DNA of 64,000 nucleotides from Deferribacteres bacterium (GCA_020633655.1 JACKDF010000002.1:75895-139894), one strand, 5' to 3'; positions 9,105 to 18,614 are shown, counted from the stretch's first letter. Notes: generated by a model from the sequence alone, not told the origin. Numbers and translations: made by a program.

Positions 9105-10535
9105 ATGAAAAAAATACTCCTATTGTTAGTCATTATATTTCTTTCTCATCCGTTTTTGCGAGCCCAGCAGTGGCGCTTTGTTGGACTGGAAGGAAGATCA
9201 ATTGAGCCTGCTAAAACCAGTCTCATTAAAGATGGACTGTGTACTTTTTTGTCGAGCCACGACAGCAATAATAAGAGAGATGGCAAACAATCAGGAAAAG
9301 ATGAAAGGTTCAGAGTTTCTATTAATTCAGGTTCAGTTATTGATAGTGTAATCGTAACCAATTTTGATGGCCTTAAATTTAAATATACCTATACATATGA
9401 TTTAAATGGAAAATTGATTTCTATTCTCTCTGAAATATTTAAGGAAATAAACTGGGAAAATTTATCGCGATGGAGTTACATTTACGATTCAAACGGAAAT
9501 AAAATTGCAGAATTAAGTGAGAATTGGGATGGAAGCCTATGGGTGAATTCTAGACAATATGCTTACACATACGATCCAAATGAGAACATAATTTCTTCTT
9601 TATCCAAAAGATGGGTAGTTAACAACTGGGTGAATTATTACAGGTATACTTATGTGTATAATTCAAATAAAGAAATTTTATTTCATTTAATTGAACGATG
9701 GGAAGGAAGTAGTTGGATAAACATTCATGGATATAGTTACTCATTTGATTCGAACGGAAATATTGCCTCCGAGATATTTCAAGAAGGGGTTGGGAGTGAA
9801 CTAATAAATAATACTAGATATATCTTCTCGTATGATTCAAGCCAGAATTTAATTTTGAAGACTGAAGGGAATTGGGATGGAAGCATGTGGCAAAATTATT
9901 ACAGATATTCTTTCACCTATGACCAAAACTGGAATAAAGTTTTCTCATTAACTGAAGCTTGGGATGGAAGCGACTGGATACGGAAAGGCAGATATGTGTA
10001 TTCCTATGATTTAAACGGAAGTCTTACTATCGAATTGTACGAAAAATGGCTCGCTAGTCAGTGGATAAATTATTTTCGAACAACTTTCACTTATGATTCA
10101 AACGGTTCTCTGACATTTGGTTTATCTTCGTATTGGGATGAAGGGGAATGGAAACCAAATCAGAGGAATTTCAACCTTAGTGATTCTTACGACAGAACGT
10201 ATTCCTACCAAGGGGTAGAAATAAATATATTTTACAGCACATCAACAAATATTCGAACGAATAATACACTTAATTTGAATTATTCACTAACTCAAAACTA
10301 TCCCAATCCTTTTGATGGGCAGACGACCATTCGTTACTTTATTCCCTGGCAATGTCAAGTCCAACTCAAAATATTTGACATTCTGGGGCGAGATATCAAA
10401 ACTTTAGTAAACCAGGAACAGCAAGCAGGGAGTTATGAAGTTGGTTTTAATATGACAGGCATTCCAAACGGGATATATTTTTATAAATTGCATGCTGGTC
10501 GTTTTATACAAACAAGGAAAATGATATTACAATAG
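9105..10535 (+). CDS. Secreted protein with about 9-10 YD/Rhs-like 26-aa repeats and T9SS C-terminal sorting domain; paralogue 2 of 3
   Basis: Signal peptide MKKILLLLVIIFLSHPFLRAQQW. Repeats of the form Y(T/S)YD-NGN-I----E-WDGS-W-N--RY. C-terminal QNYPNPFDGQTTIRYFIP...GIYFYKL...RKMILQ. Confidence 0.7.
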   Translation: MKKILLLLVIIFLSHPFLRAQQWRFVGLEGRSIEPAKTSLIKDGLCTFLSSHDSNNKRDGKQSGKDERFRVSINSGSVIDSVIVTNFDGLKFKYTYTYDLNGKLISILSEIFKEINWENLSRWSYIYDSNGNKIAELSENWDGSLWVNSRQYAYTYDPNENIISSLSKRWVVNNWVNYYRYTYVYNSNKEILFHLIERWEGSSWINIHGYSYSFDSNGNIASEIFQEGVGSELINNTRYIFSYDSSQNLILKTEGNWDGSMWQNYYRYSFTYDQNWNKVFSLTEAWDGSDWIRKGRYVYSYDLNGSLTIELYEKWLASQWINYFRTTFTYDSNGSLTFGLSSYWDEGEWKPNQRNFNLSDSYDRTYSYQGVEINIFYSTSTNIRTNNTLNLNYSLTQNYPNPFDGQTTIRYFIPWQCQVQLKIFDILGRDIKTLVNQEQQAGSYEVGFNMTGIPNGIYFYKLHAGRFIQTRKMILQ

Positions 10536-10565
10536 GGTAAATTTCTAATCTCAGGAGGCAACCGT

Positions 10566-11849
10566 ATGAAAAAGGTACTCCAAATTCTAATCATTATTTT
10601 TCTTTCTCATCCTTCTTTGCAAGCTCAGCAATGGGAATATTCCGGGCTGGTTGAAAGCAATTACCCGGTGAGTCAAATAGTTGTGGCGCCAGATTCCAAT
10701 GCTACAATTTATGCCATCTCTAAAGGGCTTGACCGGAGTATTGATGGTGGCAGTACATGGAAGACACTTATAGACGAGAAATGCACTCATGTCGCTGTTG
10801 ACCCACTTCATCCTGAGATTCTTTATGTTTCTTCAGAAGGGAAAATATTAAAATCAGGTGATAGTGGGGGAAGTTGGTCTGATGTCAGTCCGGATATGAC
10901 TGTTTATTCCAACTCAATAGGGCACATCGCAATTGACCCAGTTCAAACAGATACAATTTATGTAGGAATCTACAACCGATGGTGGCCTGGGGGATTCTAT
11001 CGGAGTTTCAATGGCGGTGTGAGTTGGGATTCGTTGTGGGCTGCAGCTTCAATAGTAACAATTGACCCTGTCGACAGGCATAATATCTTTGTAAATAAAT
11101 TTTCTTCGCAAGGCCTATGGAAAAGCAGCGATTTTGGAGTAAACTGGAAAACAATGAACACTGAATGGGCTACCATAAGAGGCATTGCTATTATTCCTGA
11201 AGATCCTAAAAGGATACTAATCGGAACCTACAAAAATGGCTTTTATCTTACACTTGATAATGGAAATTCATGGGAGCAAAAAAATGCAGGGTTAGATTCC
11301 TTAGTTCGGATAAAAAATATGCAAAGAGTAGATGGTCAATTTTTTGTTGCTTTGACAATTTTGGATGAGTTCGAGCAATATAAAAGTTCCGGTGGATATA
11401 CAAGTCCTATTGACACAATAAATTGGAAACCGATCGGAGACCCGGATTATTTCAAAGATATTAGCGCTATCTCAATCGCATATTCAAGGAGCTATGACAA
11501 GATTTTTGTCGGAACAGATTTAGGCGGTATTTATTCATATACGAAAACGAGTGTAGGCATAAAAAAAGATGAAATAGAGAATTTCTCCCGAGTTTTTCTT
11601 GAGCAAAATTATCCCAATCCTGTTAACCAAAATACAACAATTCGATACTCAATTCCAATATCAGGAAATGTCAAGCTTAGAGTATTCGATGTGCGGGGGA
11701 GAGAAATTGCAACTTTGGTAAATCGTATGCAGGAAACAGGGAGCTATGTAGTTGGCTTTAATACAACAGGTTTACCGAATGGGATCTATTTTTATAAATT
11801 TCAGACGGATGGCTTTGTCCAAACAAAGAAAATGATGCTTATTCGATAA
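10566..11849 (+). CDS. Secreted Asp-box beta-propeller-like protein with T9SS C-terminal sorting domain; paralogue 3 of 3
   Basis: Signal peptide MKKVLQILIIIFLSHPSLQAQQW. Asp-box-like SIDGGSTW, SGDSGGSW, SFNGGVSW, SSDFGVNW and LDNGNSW. C-terminal QNYPNPVNQNTTIRYSIP...GIYFYKF...KKMMLIR. Confidence 0.7.
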   Translation: MKKVLQILIIIFLSHPSLQAQQWEYSGLVESNYPVSQIVVAPDSNATIYAISKGLDRSIDGGSTWKTLIDEKCTHVAVDPLHPEILYVSSEGKILKSGDSGGSWSDVSPDMTVYSNSIGHIAIDPVQTDTIYVGIYNRWWPGGFYRSFNGGVSWDSLWAAASIVTIDPVDRHNIFVNKFSSQGLWKSSDFGVNWKTMNTEWATIRGIAIIPEDPKRILIGTYKNGFYLTLDNGNSWEQKNAGLDSLVRIKNMQRVDGQFFVALTILDEFEQYKSSGGYTSPIDTINWKPIGDPDYFKDISAISIAYSRSYDKIFVGTDLGGIYSYTKTSVGIKKDEIENFSRVFLEQNYPNPVNQNTTIRYSIPISGNVKLRVFDVRGREIATLVNRMQETGSYVVGFNTTGLPNGIYFYKFQTDGFVQTKKMMLIR

Positions 11850-11904
11850 TGAAATTTTTTCTTAATAGATAATATGACTTATCATTATTAAAAAGGAGTG
11901 AACC

Positions 11905-14832
11905 ATGGATCGAAAATTATTAACAAATATTATTCGGGTTAGCATTGTTTGGTTATCCATGTTTGTAGCTGTAGCATTTCCGCAGCAATCTGGTTATGAC
12001 AAACCAATAAAGCAAGGTTATTGGAAGGGTAATTTAGTTAGATATGTTGCCAATGAACTATGTATTTTCAAGAACGATGGCATTTTAAAATCTAATATAG
12101 AACATCTTTTGCTCCCTTATCATGGAAAGCTAAAAAGAGAATTTGATAAGTTCAATTTTTCTGTTGTTTCTTTTCCGGATACAGTTAATGTCCTTGATGT
12201 AGTGAAAAAACTAGCCAATTCACAGTTTATTAAAGCTATTGAACCCAATCTTATTCACACTATATTTTATACACCAAATGACCCTGATTTTCTCGCAGGT
12301 AAACAGTGGGGCCTCTATAATTACGGTCAAAATCCGCCTAATGGCACTTATGATGCCGACATAGACATATTAAAAGCATGGGATATTTCAATGGGGAATT
12401 GGGAGATTAAGGCTGGAGTAATGGATTCAGGGATACCATTGGATCAAAATGGCACTCATTCACACACTGATCTCAACGATCAAGCAAGGTTTTTATTGGG
12501 ATTAAATTTTGTCGATGGTTTATCAGTTAAAGATGGGTATGGGCACGGGACGCATGTGCTGGGTATTATTGGTGCTGAAACAAACAATAATGAAGGAATA
12601 GCAGGTGTGGCGAATCGATGCCGATATTTGGTCATTAAGTCAATAGATAATACTGGATATGGTAATGATGAAGATTTTCGAGATGGTGTTTTATATGCAG
12701 TGGATAATGGTGTTGATATTATCAATTATAGCGCAGGAAATCCGGATAGCTGGGTTGCTACTACTGCCCAAATTGAAGCTGTTAACTATGCTCGCGATAA
12801 CGATGTACTTCTTATAGCATCAGCAGGAAATGAAGGTGCCCCCTCAAGCGTACGATATCCAGCAGCCTTTGCAGGAACTTATGATAATGTTATCTGTGTT
12901 TCTTCTACGGATGCGGATGACAATATATCCGATTTTAGCAATTATAATCAATATCAAACAACTGTTTTCGCCCCAGGTGGTCAGGGTCTCCCTCACAGTG
13001 ATAACGATATTTATTCAACTCTTCCAGGTTATGGAAATGATCCAAGTTATGGCTATATGGCTGGAACATCACAAGCTGCTCCATTTGTTTCCGGTGTTGC
13101 TGCATTGATTTTATCAATAAAATCTACACTTTCCCCATTACAAGTAAAAACGATTCTAGTAACGACAGCCGATGATTTATCTGGGCCCCCACAGGGACGC
13201 CTCAACGCCTATGAAGCTTTAAAATACACTATCGAAAACCATGGCGGAGTTATTGGCGGCAATGGCGCGACAGTTACTTTTCATGAAGACATCACTATTA
13301 ATAGCGGTGTTGAGCTGACCATCGCTTCCGGGACGACAGTCGAGTTTAAACCTGATAAAAAGCTCATTGTAAAAGGCACCCTCAATGCGGATGACGTAGA
13401 GTTTGAATCCACTTCAAGCTATGGCGAATGGGGCGGGCTCGTTTTTGACGGCAGTTCATGCTCCTCTTCAGAGCTTTATGAATGCACGATTGAGAATGCC
13501 ACAGTCGGTATTGCAATTACAGGATCAAACGCATCACCGACAATTGAAAAATGCCTTGTTCAGAATTGTGATAGTTACCCTTTAAAATTAACATCGGATT
13601 GCACACCAAATATTTACAACAACAAATTCTATAGTAATAGTTCTCCTGCAGTGTACATCTCCTCAGCAGACGGTGATTTTAGCGATAATGAATTTCGCAC
13701 TTCCAGCGGCACGGCCTATGGCGTTTATGTTACTGGTGCCAGCTCGGCGCCCGATTTTGATTCAAACGAAGGAATAAATGGCAATCTTTTCGATCTCTCA
13801 GCGATTTCTTCCCATGGAGCATACATCGCAGGCGGTTACCCGGAATTTGGTGACAATGGCCCCCATGACGGTTTAAATGATTTTATAAATCGAGGTACTG
13901 ATAAGTACATTTATAATAATACCGGAAGTACGGTTGACGCAGAAGTGAATTATTGGGGAGGCACGCCACAATCAACCTGGTTTAGTGGCAGTGTCGATTT
14001 TTCACCCTATGAATCATCAGCAAACGGCGCTGGGCCAACATGGAAAGTAGCCTCGAATCCTTATGCGACAGGGGTTGATTTATTTGAAGAAGGGAAATAT
14101 GACCAAGCTTTGGCAGAGTTAAAATCTACCTTGCTGCAGAATTCAGAGCTGGAAAACGCGCCCGGCGCTGTTTTTAAAATGGCGAAATCGGCGCTTAAAT
14201 TAGGCAGGCTTGCAAGCGAGGCAGATTTCTTACATGATTTGCTCAATTCATCAAATAGTGAAGTTCGTTACATATCTCGTGCGTGGTTGGCGTATTTATA
14301 TGCAATGCTTGGGGATGCAGAAGAGGCGGAAAAGCTTGCACTACAAGCACCGGAAGGAACGAGGGCACAAAGAGCGGAACTTTTATCCGTGGTAAGCTAT
14401 TATATCACAACAGGTAAAGAAAAATCCGCTGAACGTATCGCACAGTTAATGCGTGAAAAATATAGGGATGATTACCTGGAGTTTGATTTGGAAGTCGCTT
14501 TGAAAACGAAGATCGATTTTCCAAAAAGTTTGGGAAAAACAGTCGCGGATGTACCGGAATCCTTCCATTTTATTAATTATCCCAATCCATTCAATCCTGC
14601 GACGACAATTCAGTTCTATCTGCCTGAAGAGAAAACAGTCACATTGCAAATATTTGATATTCGAGGGCGACTGATACATACGCTATTTGATAGGGAAATG
14701 ACAACGGGGATACATTCTGTTCGCTGGAATGGAAAGAATAGTATGGGTCATGAGATATCCGCGGGTTTGTATTTTGCAAAATTAAAAACAAATGACAGGA
14801 TAGATACGATTAAATTGCTGCTGGTGCGTTAG
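11905..14832 (+). CDS. Subtilisin-family (S8) serine protease with parallel beta-helix repeats, a TPR-like helical region and T9SS C-terminal sorting domain
   Basis: Catalytic triad motifs GVMDSGI (Asp), HGTHVLGIIG (His) and GTSQAAPFVSGVAAL (Ser). Repetitive I/V-x-N-C/A segments are typical of right-handed beta-helices. C-terminal INYPNPFNPATTIQFYLP...GLYFAKL...IKLLLVR. Confidence 0.85.
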   Translation: MDRKLLTNIIRVSIVWLSMFVAVAFPQQSGYDKPIKQGYWKGNLVRYVANELCIFKNDGILKSNIEHLLLPYHGKLKREFDKFNFSVVSFPDTVNVLDVVKKLANSQFIKAIEPNLIHTIFYTPNDPDFLAGKQWGLYNYGQNPPNGTYDADIDILKAWDISMGNWEIKAGVMDSGIPLDQNGTHSHTDLNDQARFLLGLNFVDGLSVKDGYGHGTHVLGIIGAETNNNEGIAGVANRCRYLVIKSIDNTGYGNDEDFRDGVLYAVDNGVDIINYSAGNPDSWVATTAQIEAVNYARDNDVLLIASAGNEGAPSSVRYPAAFAGTYDNVICVSSTDADDNISDFSNYNQYQTTVFAPGGQGLPHSDNDIYSTLPGYGNDPSYGYMAGTSQAAPFVSGVAALILSIKSTLSPLQVKTILVTTADDLSGPPQGRLNAYEALKYTIENHGGVIGGNGATVTFHEDITINSGVELTIASGTTVEFKPDKKLIVKGTLNADDVEFESTSSYGEWGGLVFDGSSCSSSELYECTIENATVGIAITGSNASPTIEKCLVQNCDSYPLKLTSDCTPNIYNNKFYSNSSPAVYISSADGDFSDNEFRTSSGTAYGVYVTGASSAPDFDSNEGINGNLFDLSAISSHGAYIAGGYPEFGDNGPHDGLNDFINRGTDKYIYNNTGSTVDAEVNYWGGTPQSTWFSGSVDFSPYESSANGAGPTWKVASNPYATGVDLFEEGKYDQALAELKSTLLQNSELENAPGAVFKMAKSALKLGRLASEADFLHDLLNSSNSEVRYISRAWLAYLYAMLGDAEEAEKLALQAPEGTRAQRAELLSVVSYYITTGKEKSAERIAQLMREKYRDDYLEFDLEVALKTKIDFPKSLGKTVADVPESFHFINYPNPFNPATTIQFYLPEEKTVTLQIFDIRGRLIHTLFDREMTTGIHSVRWNGKNSMGHEISAGLYFAKLKTNDRIDTIKLLLVR

Positions 14833-14974
14833 GCCGATTCAATTATCACTCCCATTTCGTATGAAAGTGGTACAAGCGAGTTGATCGAAGCAAACTTCTA
14901 TTTGTACTTGGCATAAAATTTATTAATCTAAAAAACACTGTAAAGTGTTGTAAAATTCGGACAAACAACGTTAA

Positions 14975-15058
14975 CCTGTTTTATTCATGCGTTGCGTGGT
15001 GTTCGTGATGGGCAGGGGATATCCCCTGCCCAATCTTGGTGTTTATGAATAAAGCAAG
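14975..15058 (+). repeat. Palindromic intergenic repeat family A, copy 1 (boundaries approximate)
   Basis: The outer arms cctgttttattcat / atgaataaagcaag flank a perfect 20-bp central palindrome, ggcaggggatatcccctgcc (15011..15030). Confidence 0.85.
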
Positions 15059-15094
15059 TTAAGTGACTTTTTATTAATCCTAAAAGACGAATAC

Positions 15095-15754
15095 ATGAAC
15101 AACCTCACAAAAATCGAAAATCAAATTCTACAAGAAATGCTGCAAAGACGACCGGATTTGCAAGATGCTGTACCGGCGCTTTTACAATTGCACGGTGCGC
15201 TTGTGGCATCCTACGATGCTGGTGGCAAATTTCTAATCTGCGGCAACGGTGGCAGCCATGCCGATGCAGTGCACATCGCCGGTGAACTGGCAAAGAGTTT
15301 CGAACGGCTGCGCCCGGTACCGGCTGAATTTGCAGAAAAAATCCGACCTTTGCCATTCGGTGAAGACCTGGCACAATATCTCGAAGTTGGTCTGCCAGCC
15401 ATTGCGTTGGGGACCAGTGGGCCTCTGAAAACTGCAATTGAAAACGACTCGCCCATGCGCGATATCGCTTTCGCACAGGAAGCTTATGCGCTGATAAAAC
15501 CGGAGGATGTGCTCATGGGCATTTCGACCTCGGGCAATGCCGGCAATTGCTTGATGGCGCTCTCTGTGGCCAAAGCCAGTGGCGCAAAAACTGTTTCGCT
15601 CACCGGACAGAAAGGCGGAAAAATGGCTGCCTTTGCCGACATCGCCTTGAAAGCGCCAGGCGATTCTGTCAAAGTCATTCAGGAAGGGCACCTCGTGCTT
15701 TACCACACGATGTGCGCGATGATTGAAGCCCACTATTTTGAGGAGAAACGTTAG
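15095..15754 (+). CDS. gmhA: D-sedoheptulose 7-phosphate isomerase (SIS domain)
   Basis: ICGNGGSHADAVHIAGEL, GISTSGNAGN and the length (219 aa) match phosphoheptose isomerase. Confidence 0.8.
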   Translation: MNNLTKIENQILQEMLQRRPDLQDAVPALLQLHGALVASYDAGGKFLICGNGGSHADAVHIAGELAKSFERLRPVPAEFAEKIRPLPFGEDLAQYLEVGLPAIALGTSGPLKTAIENDSPMRDIAFAQEAYALIKPEDVLMGISTSGNAGNCLMALSVAKASGAKTVSLTGQKGGKMAAFADIALKAPGDSVKVIQEGHLVLYHTMCAMIEAHYFEEKR

Positions 15755-15834
15755 AAGGTTTGAACGTGGTAATGTGTGAAAGTTGAAACGTTCACACTTT
15801 CGCACCTTCAAACCTTCTAACTAAAATTTGAACC

Positions 15835-16842
15835 ATGAAATCAATGATTACGAAAATTTTTCGCTTTATACTTCGAATCACCCTTGTGCTGGCAGTCCTT
15901 TGGGTGGTTTTATTTGCGCTTCACAAATGGCGTAATAGCGACATCACCAAACCACCCTTCGGTTATCCCTCGGAAAAATTTCTCTTTGCTGCCCATTATC
16001 TTGGATTTGAACCGTTGGTAAACTTGAAGCCGGACGTCCCGCCAGAGATCAAGGAATTTAAAAATATTGTTTATAAAGAAGTGGACAGCCTGCAACTGGC
16101 GCTGGATATCTATCAGCCAGCAGATATGACTGCCCCACGACCGGCCATTGTATTTATTCACGGCGGTTCGTGGAACTGGGGACACCGCTCGGATTATCTC
16201 GTTTATCTCATCGATTTCGCAAAAAGAGGCTGGGTGACGGCAACGGTGAGCTATCGCTTGCGCAAACAGGCCCAGTTCCCGGCCGCAGTTGAGGATGTGA
16301 AGTGCGCTATAAAGTGGATAAAAAATCACGCGGCGGAATACAACATCGATCCGGACAACATTGCTCTTGTCGGCGGTTCCGCAGGCGCCCACCTGGCGAT
16401 GCTGACAGCTTTCACTGCCGGAACAGAAGATTTTTCTGTAGATTGTGGCAAGGACACGACGACAACTGCAGTGAAAGCCATCGTCGATATTTACGGACCG
16501 GTGGATTTGACCGTCGATTATGCGGTTTCCAATAAAAACGTGCAGAAATTCCTGGGTGGAACCTACGAAAAAATCCCGGAAGTTTTTACGACAGCCTCGC
16601 CACAAACTTATTTATCAAAAGATATTCCGCCAACCCTCATTTTGCACGGCACCATCGATACACTTGTGCCCATTGAGCAATCGGAAAGCTTGTTTGCCCA
16701 ACTGCAGGCGTTGGGTGTTGTCGTCGAGTTTTACACGCTCCCAGGCTGGCCACATGCTATGGACATCGCGCAAAATTCAAACCGCTATATGCAATATGTG
16801 ATGACTGAATTTTTTAAAAAGACTATTCCTGTAGAAAAATAA
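15835..16842 (+). CDS. Alpha/beta-hydrolase fold esterase/lipase (HGG-type) with N-terminal membrane anchor
   Basis: FIHGGSW oxyanion motif, GGSAGAH nucleophile elbow (GxSxG), and a C-terminal GWPH histidine region. Confidence 0.75.
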   Translation: MKSMITKIFRFILRITLVLAVLWVVLFALHKWRNSDITKPPFGYPSEKFLFAAHYLGFEPLVNLKPDVPPEIKEFKNIVYKEVDSLQLALDIYQPADMTAPRPAIVFIHGGSWNWGHRSDYLVYLIDFAKRGWVTATVSYRLRKQAQFPAAVEDVKCAIKWIKNHAAEYNIDPDNIALVGGSAGAHLAMLTAFTAGTEDFSVDCGKDTTTTAVKAIVDIYGPVDLTVDYAVSNKNVQKFLGGTYEKIPEVFTTASPQTYLSKDIPPTLILHGTIDTLVPIEQSESLFAQLQALGVVVEFYTLPGWPHAMDIAQNSNRYMQYVMTEFFKKTIPVEK

Positions 16843-16866
16843 AACCAAAAACCGGAGGAGAGCGCA

Positions 16867-18357
16867 TTGAAACACGCGAATCAGGTGCACACGACCAAAT
16901 TGAAAAAAATCCATTTGCTAAAATTTATTGGCTTCATCGGGGTCATATTCTTTTTCCTCATCGGATGTGGGACTGCGGAAGCCGGTGCAGCCAACACCGG
17001 TGGATCCAGTCCCCTGGACCAGTATGTTGCTAAACCGGACGCCAGCTTCAAGTACGAGCTCCGCAACTCAATTGAGGGCGACGGCTACAAAACCCATGTT
17101 GTCTACATGGTATCCGGAACATGGCTGACAACGGCGGAAGTCAAAGATCCGGTTTGGTGGCACTGGGTCACAATCGTCGTACCGGATTCGCTTGCGAGTG
17201 ATACAAGTTTGCTTTTTATCACCGGGGGCAGCCGGCGAAATCAAATGCCGGACAAAGCCGATGAAAGCTTTGTTAAAATCGCGCTTGCAACCGGCTCGGT
17301 CGTGACAGCGCTGCACAATGTTCCCAACCAACCGCTCGAATTTGTCGGCGATAGTTACGGCCCGCGTAAGGAGGATGAAATCATCTCCTATGCATGGCGT
17401 CAGTATCTCGAAGCGGGTGCAACCGAAGAAGCCTCCCGTTGGCTGCCACGCTTGCCGATGACCAATGCAGCGGTTCGCACCATGGATGTTGTTTCGGAAT
17501 TAAGCCCCAAGTTAACTGGACGTACCATTGATAAGTTTGTTGTTGCTGGTGGCTCGAAGCGTGGTTGGACGACCTGGACGACGGCTATCGCAGACAAGCG
17601 TGTCGTTGCCATTATGCCGATCGTTATCGATATGCTGAATCTGATTCCGTCCTTTGAGCACCACTGGCAGGTTTATGGCTTCTGGGCTCCAGCCGTGGGT
17701 GATTATGTCAGCGAAGGCGTTATGGAGTGGCAGAATTCGCAAGAATACCAAAAACTGATGAATGTTGTGGAACCCTATAATTTCCGCGACCGTTTGACCA
17801 TGCCAAAGCTGCTCATCAATGCCTCCGGTGACCAGTTTTTTCTGCCGGATTCCTGGCAATTTTACTGGAAGGATCTCAAAGGCGAAAAGCATATCCGCTA
17901 CGTGCCCAATGCCAATCATTCACTTCGTCGCTCTGACGCCATCGAAACTGTAGCGGCCTTTCACCATGCGATCATCAACAACAAAACACGTCCCGATTTT
18001 GACTGGATCGTGAAGGATGGGGCTATTGAACTCACAACAAATACTGATCAACCACCGACCTCGATTACCCTTTGGCAGGCGACAAATGCCACAGCGCGGG
18101 ATTTTCGTGTGGAGACGATCGGCAGAACCTGGACTTCAGCACCGGTTGAACTGCGGGAGGATGGAAAGTACAAAATTCGCGTCGACGCACCGGAAAATGG
18201 CTGGACAGCGTTCTTCGCTGAGCTCACTTTCCCTGAATTAAAAGATATCCCGTTGAAATTCAGTACGGGTGTTGTCGTCGTGCCCGATGTTTTGCCGTAT
18301 CCACGGTATGAGTCGCCGGCACCGCAAGGAACGCCGGTTTCAGGAAAAAAGGATTAA
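16867..18357 (+). CDS. PhoPQ-activated pathogenicity-related (PqaA-type) family protein, probable lipoprotein
   Basis: VAGGSKRGWTTWTTA and the overall length resemble the PqaA family. Lipobox-like FLIGCG. TTG start at 16867 sits 8 nt after the GGAGGA RBS. Confidence 0.55.
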   Translation: MKHANQVHTTKLKKIHLLKFIGFIGVIFFFLIGCGTAEAGAANTGGSSPLDQYVAKPDASFKYELRNSIEGDGYKTHVVYMVSGTWLTTAEVKDPVWWHWVTIVVPDSLASDTSLLFITGGSRRNQMPDKADESFVKIALATGSVVTALHNVPNQPLEFVGDSYGPRKEDEIISYAWRQYLEAGATEEASRWLPRLPMTNAAVRTMDVVSELSPKLTGRTIDKFVVAGGSKRGWTTWTTAIADKRVVAIMPIVIDMLNLIPSFEHHWQVYGFWAPAVGDYVSEGVMEWQNSQEYQKLMNVVEPYNFRDRLTMPKLLINASGDQFFLPDSWQFYWKDLKGEKHIRYVPNANHSLRRSDAIETVAAFHHAIINNKTRPDFDWIVKDGAIELTTNTDQPPTSITLWQATNATARDFRVETIGRTWTSAPVELREDGKYKIRVDAPENGWTAFFAELTFPELKDIPLKFSTGVVVVPDVLPYPRYESPAPQGTPVSGKKD

Positions 18358-18388
18358 CCAAATCGATCCCTTGATTGGTTAAAAAACG

Positions 18389-18493
18389 CGTAGCCCGCCC
18401 CCTTGTGGGGCGCATCCCGGCCAGGTGATGATATAAGGTATGGCAGGCTACAAGAGTCTGGGATGTATGCAGGCCACAAGGGCCTGGGCTACG
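18389..18493. repeat. Repeat family C cluster: three about 25-nt units (consensus ATGCRGGCCACAAGGGCCTGGGCTACG), one of them inverted
   Basis: cgtagcccgcccccttgtggggcgcat (inverted), atggcaggctacaagagtctgggatg and atgcaggccacaagggcctgggctacg. A nearly identical unit occurs at 47747..47772. Confidence 0.8.
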
Positions 18494-18614
18494 ATTTAAA
18501 CGGACACAATCAGCACAGTTCGGATTTTGTCGGATTATGAAATAGGATTATTTATGTTTTTCCTTATCCAAAATATCACCCAAAAATTTTCATTCAAATT
18601 CATGAGGTCAATAA

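Noticed and set aside
7643-14832. Calling the AT-rich T9SS cargo array a genomic island or mobile element
   Set aside because: No integrase, transposase, tRNA target or flanking direct repeats are visible. Compositional difference alone is insufficient.
15233-16605. 192-aa (15233..15811) and 231-aa (15910..16605) ORFs on the - strand
   Set aside because: They are antisense to gmhA and to the esterase gene respectively. Both sense genes carry diagnostic motifs. The antisense translations are Arg/Cys-rich nonsense.
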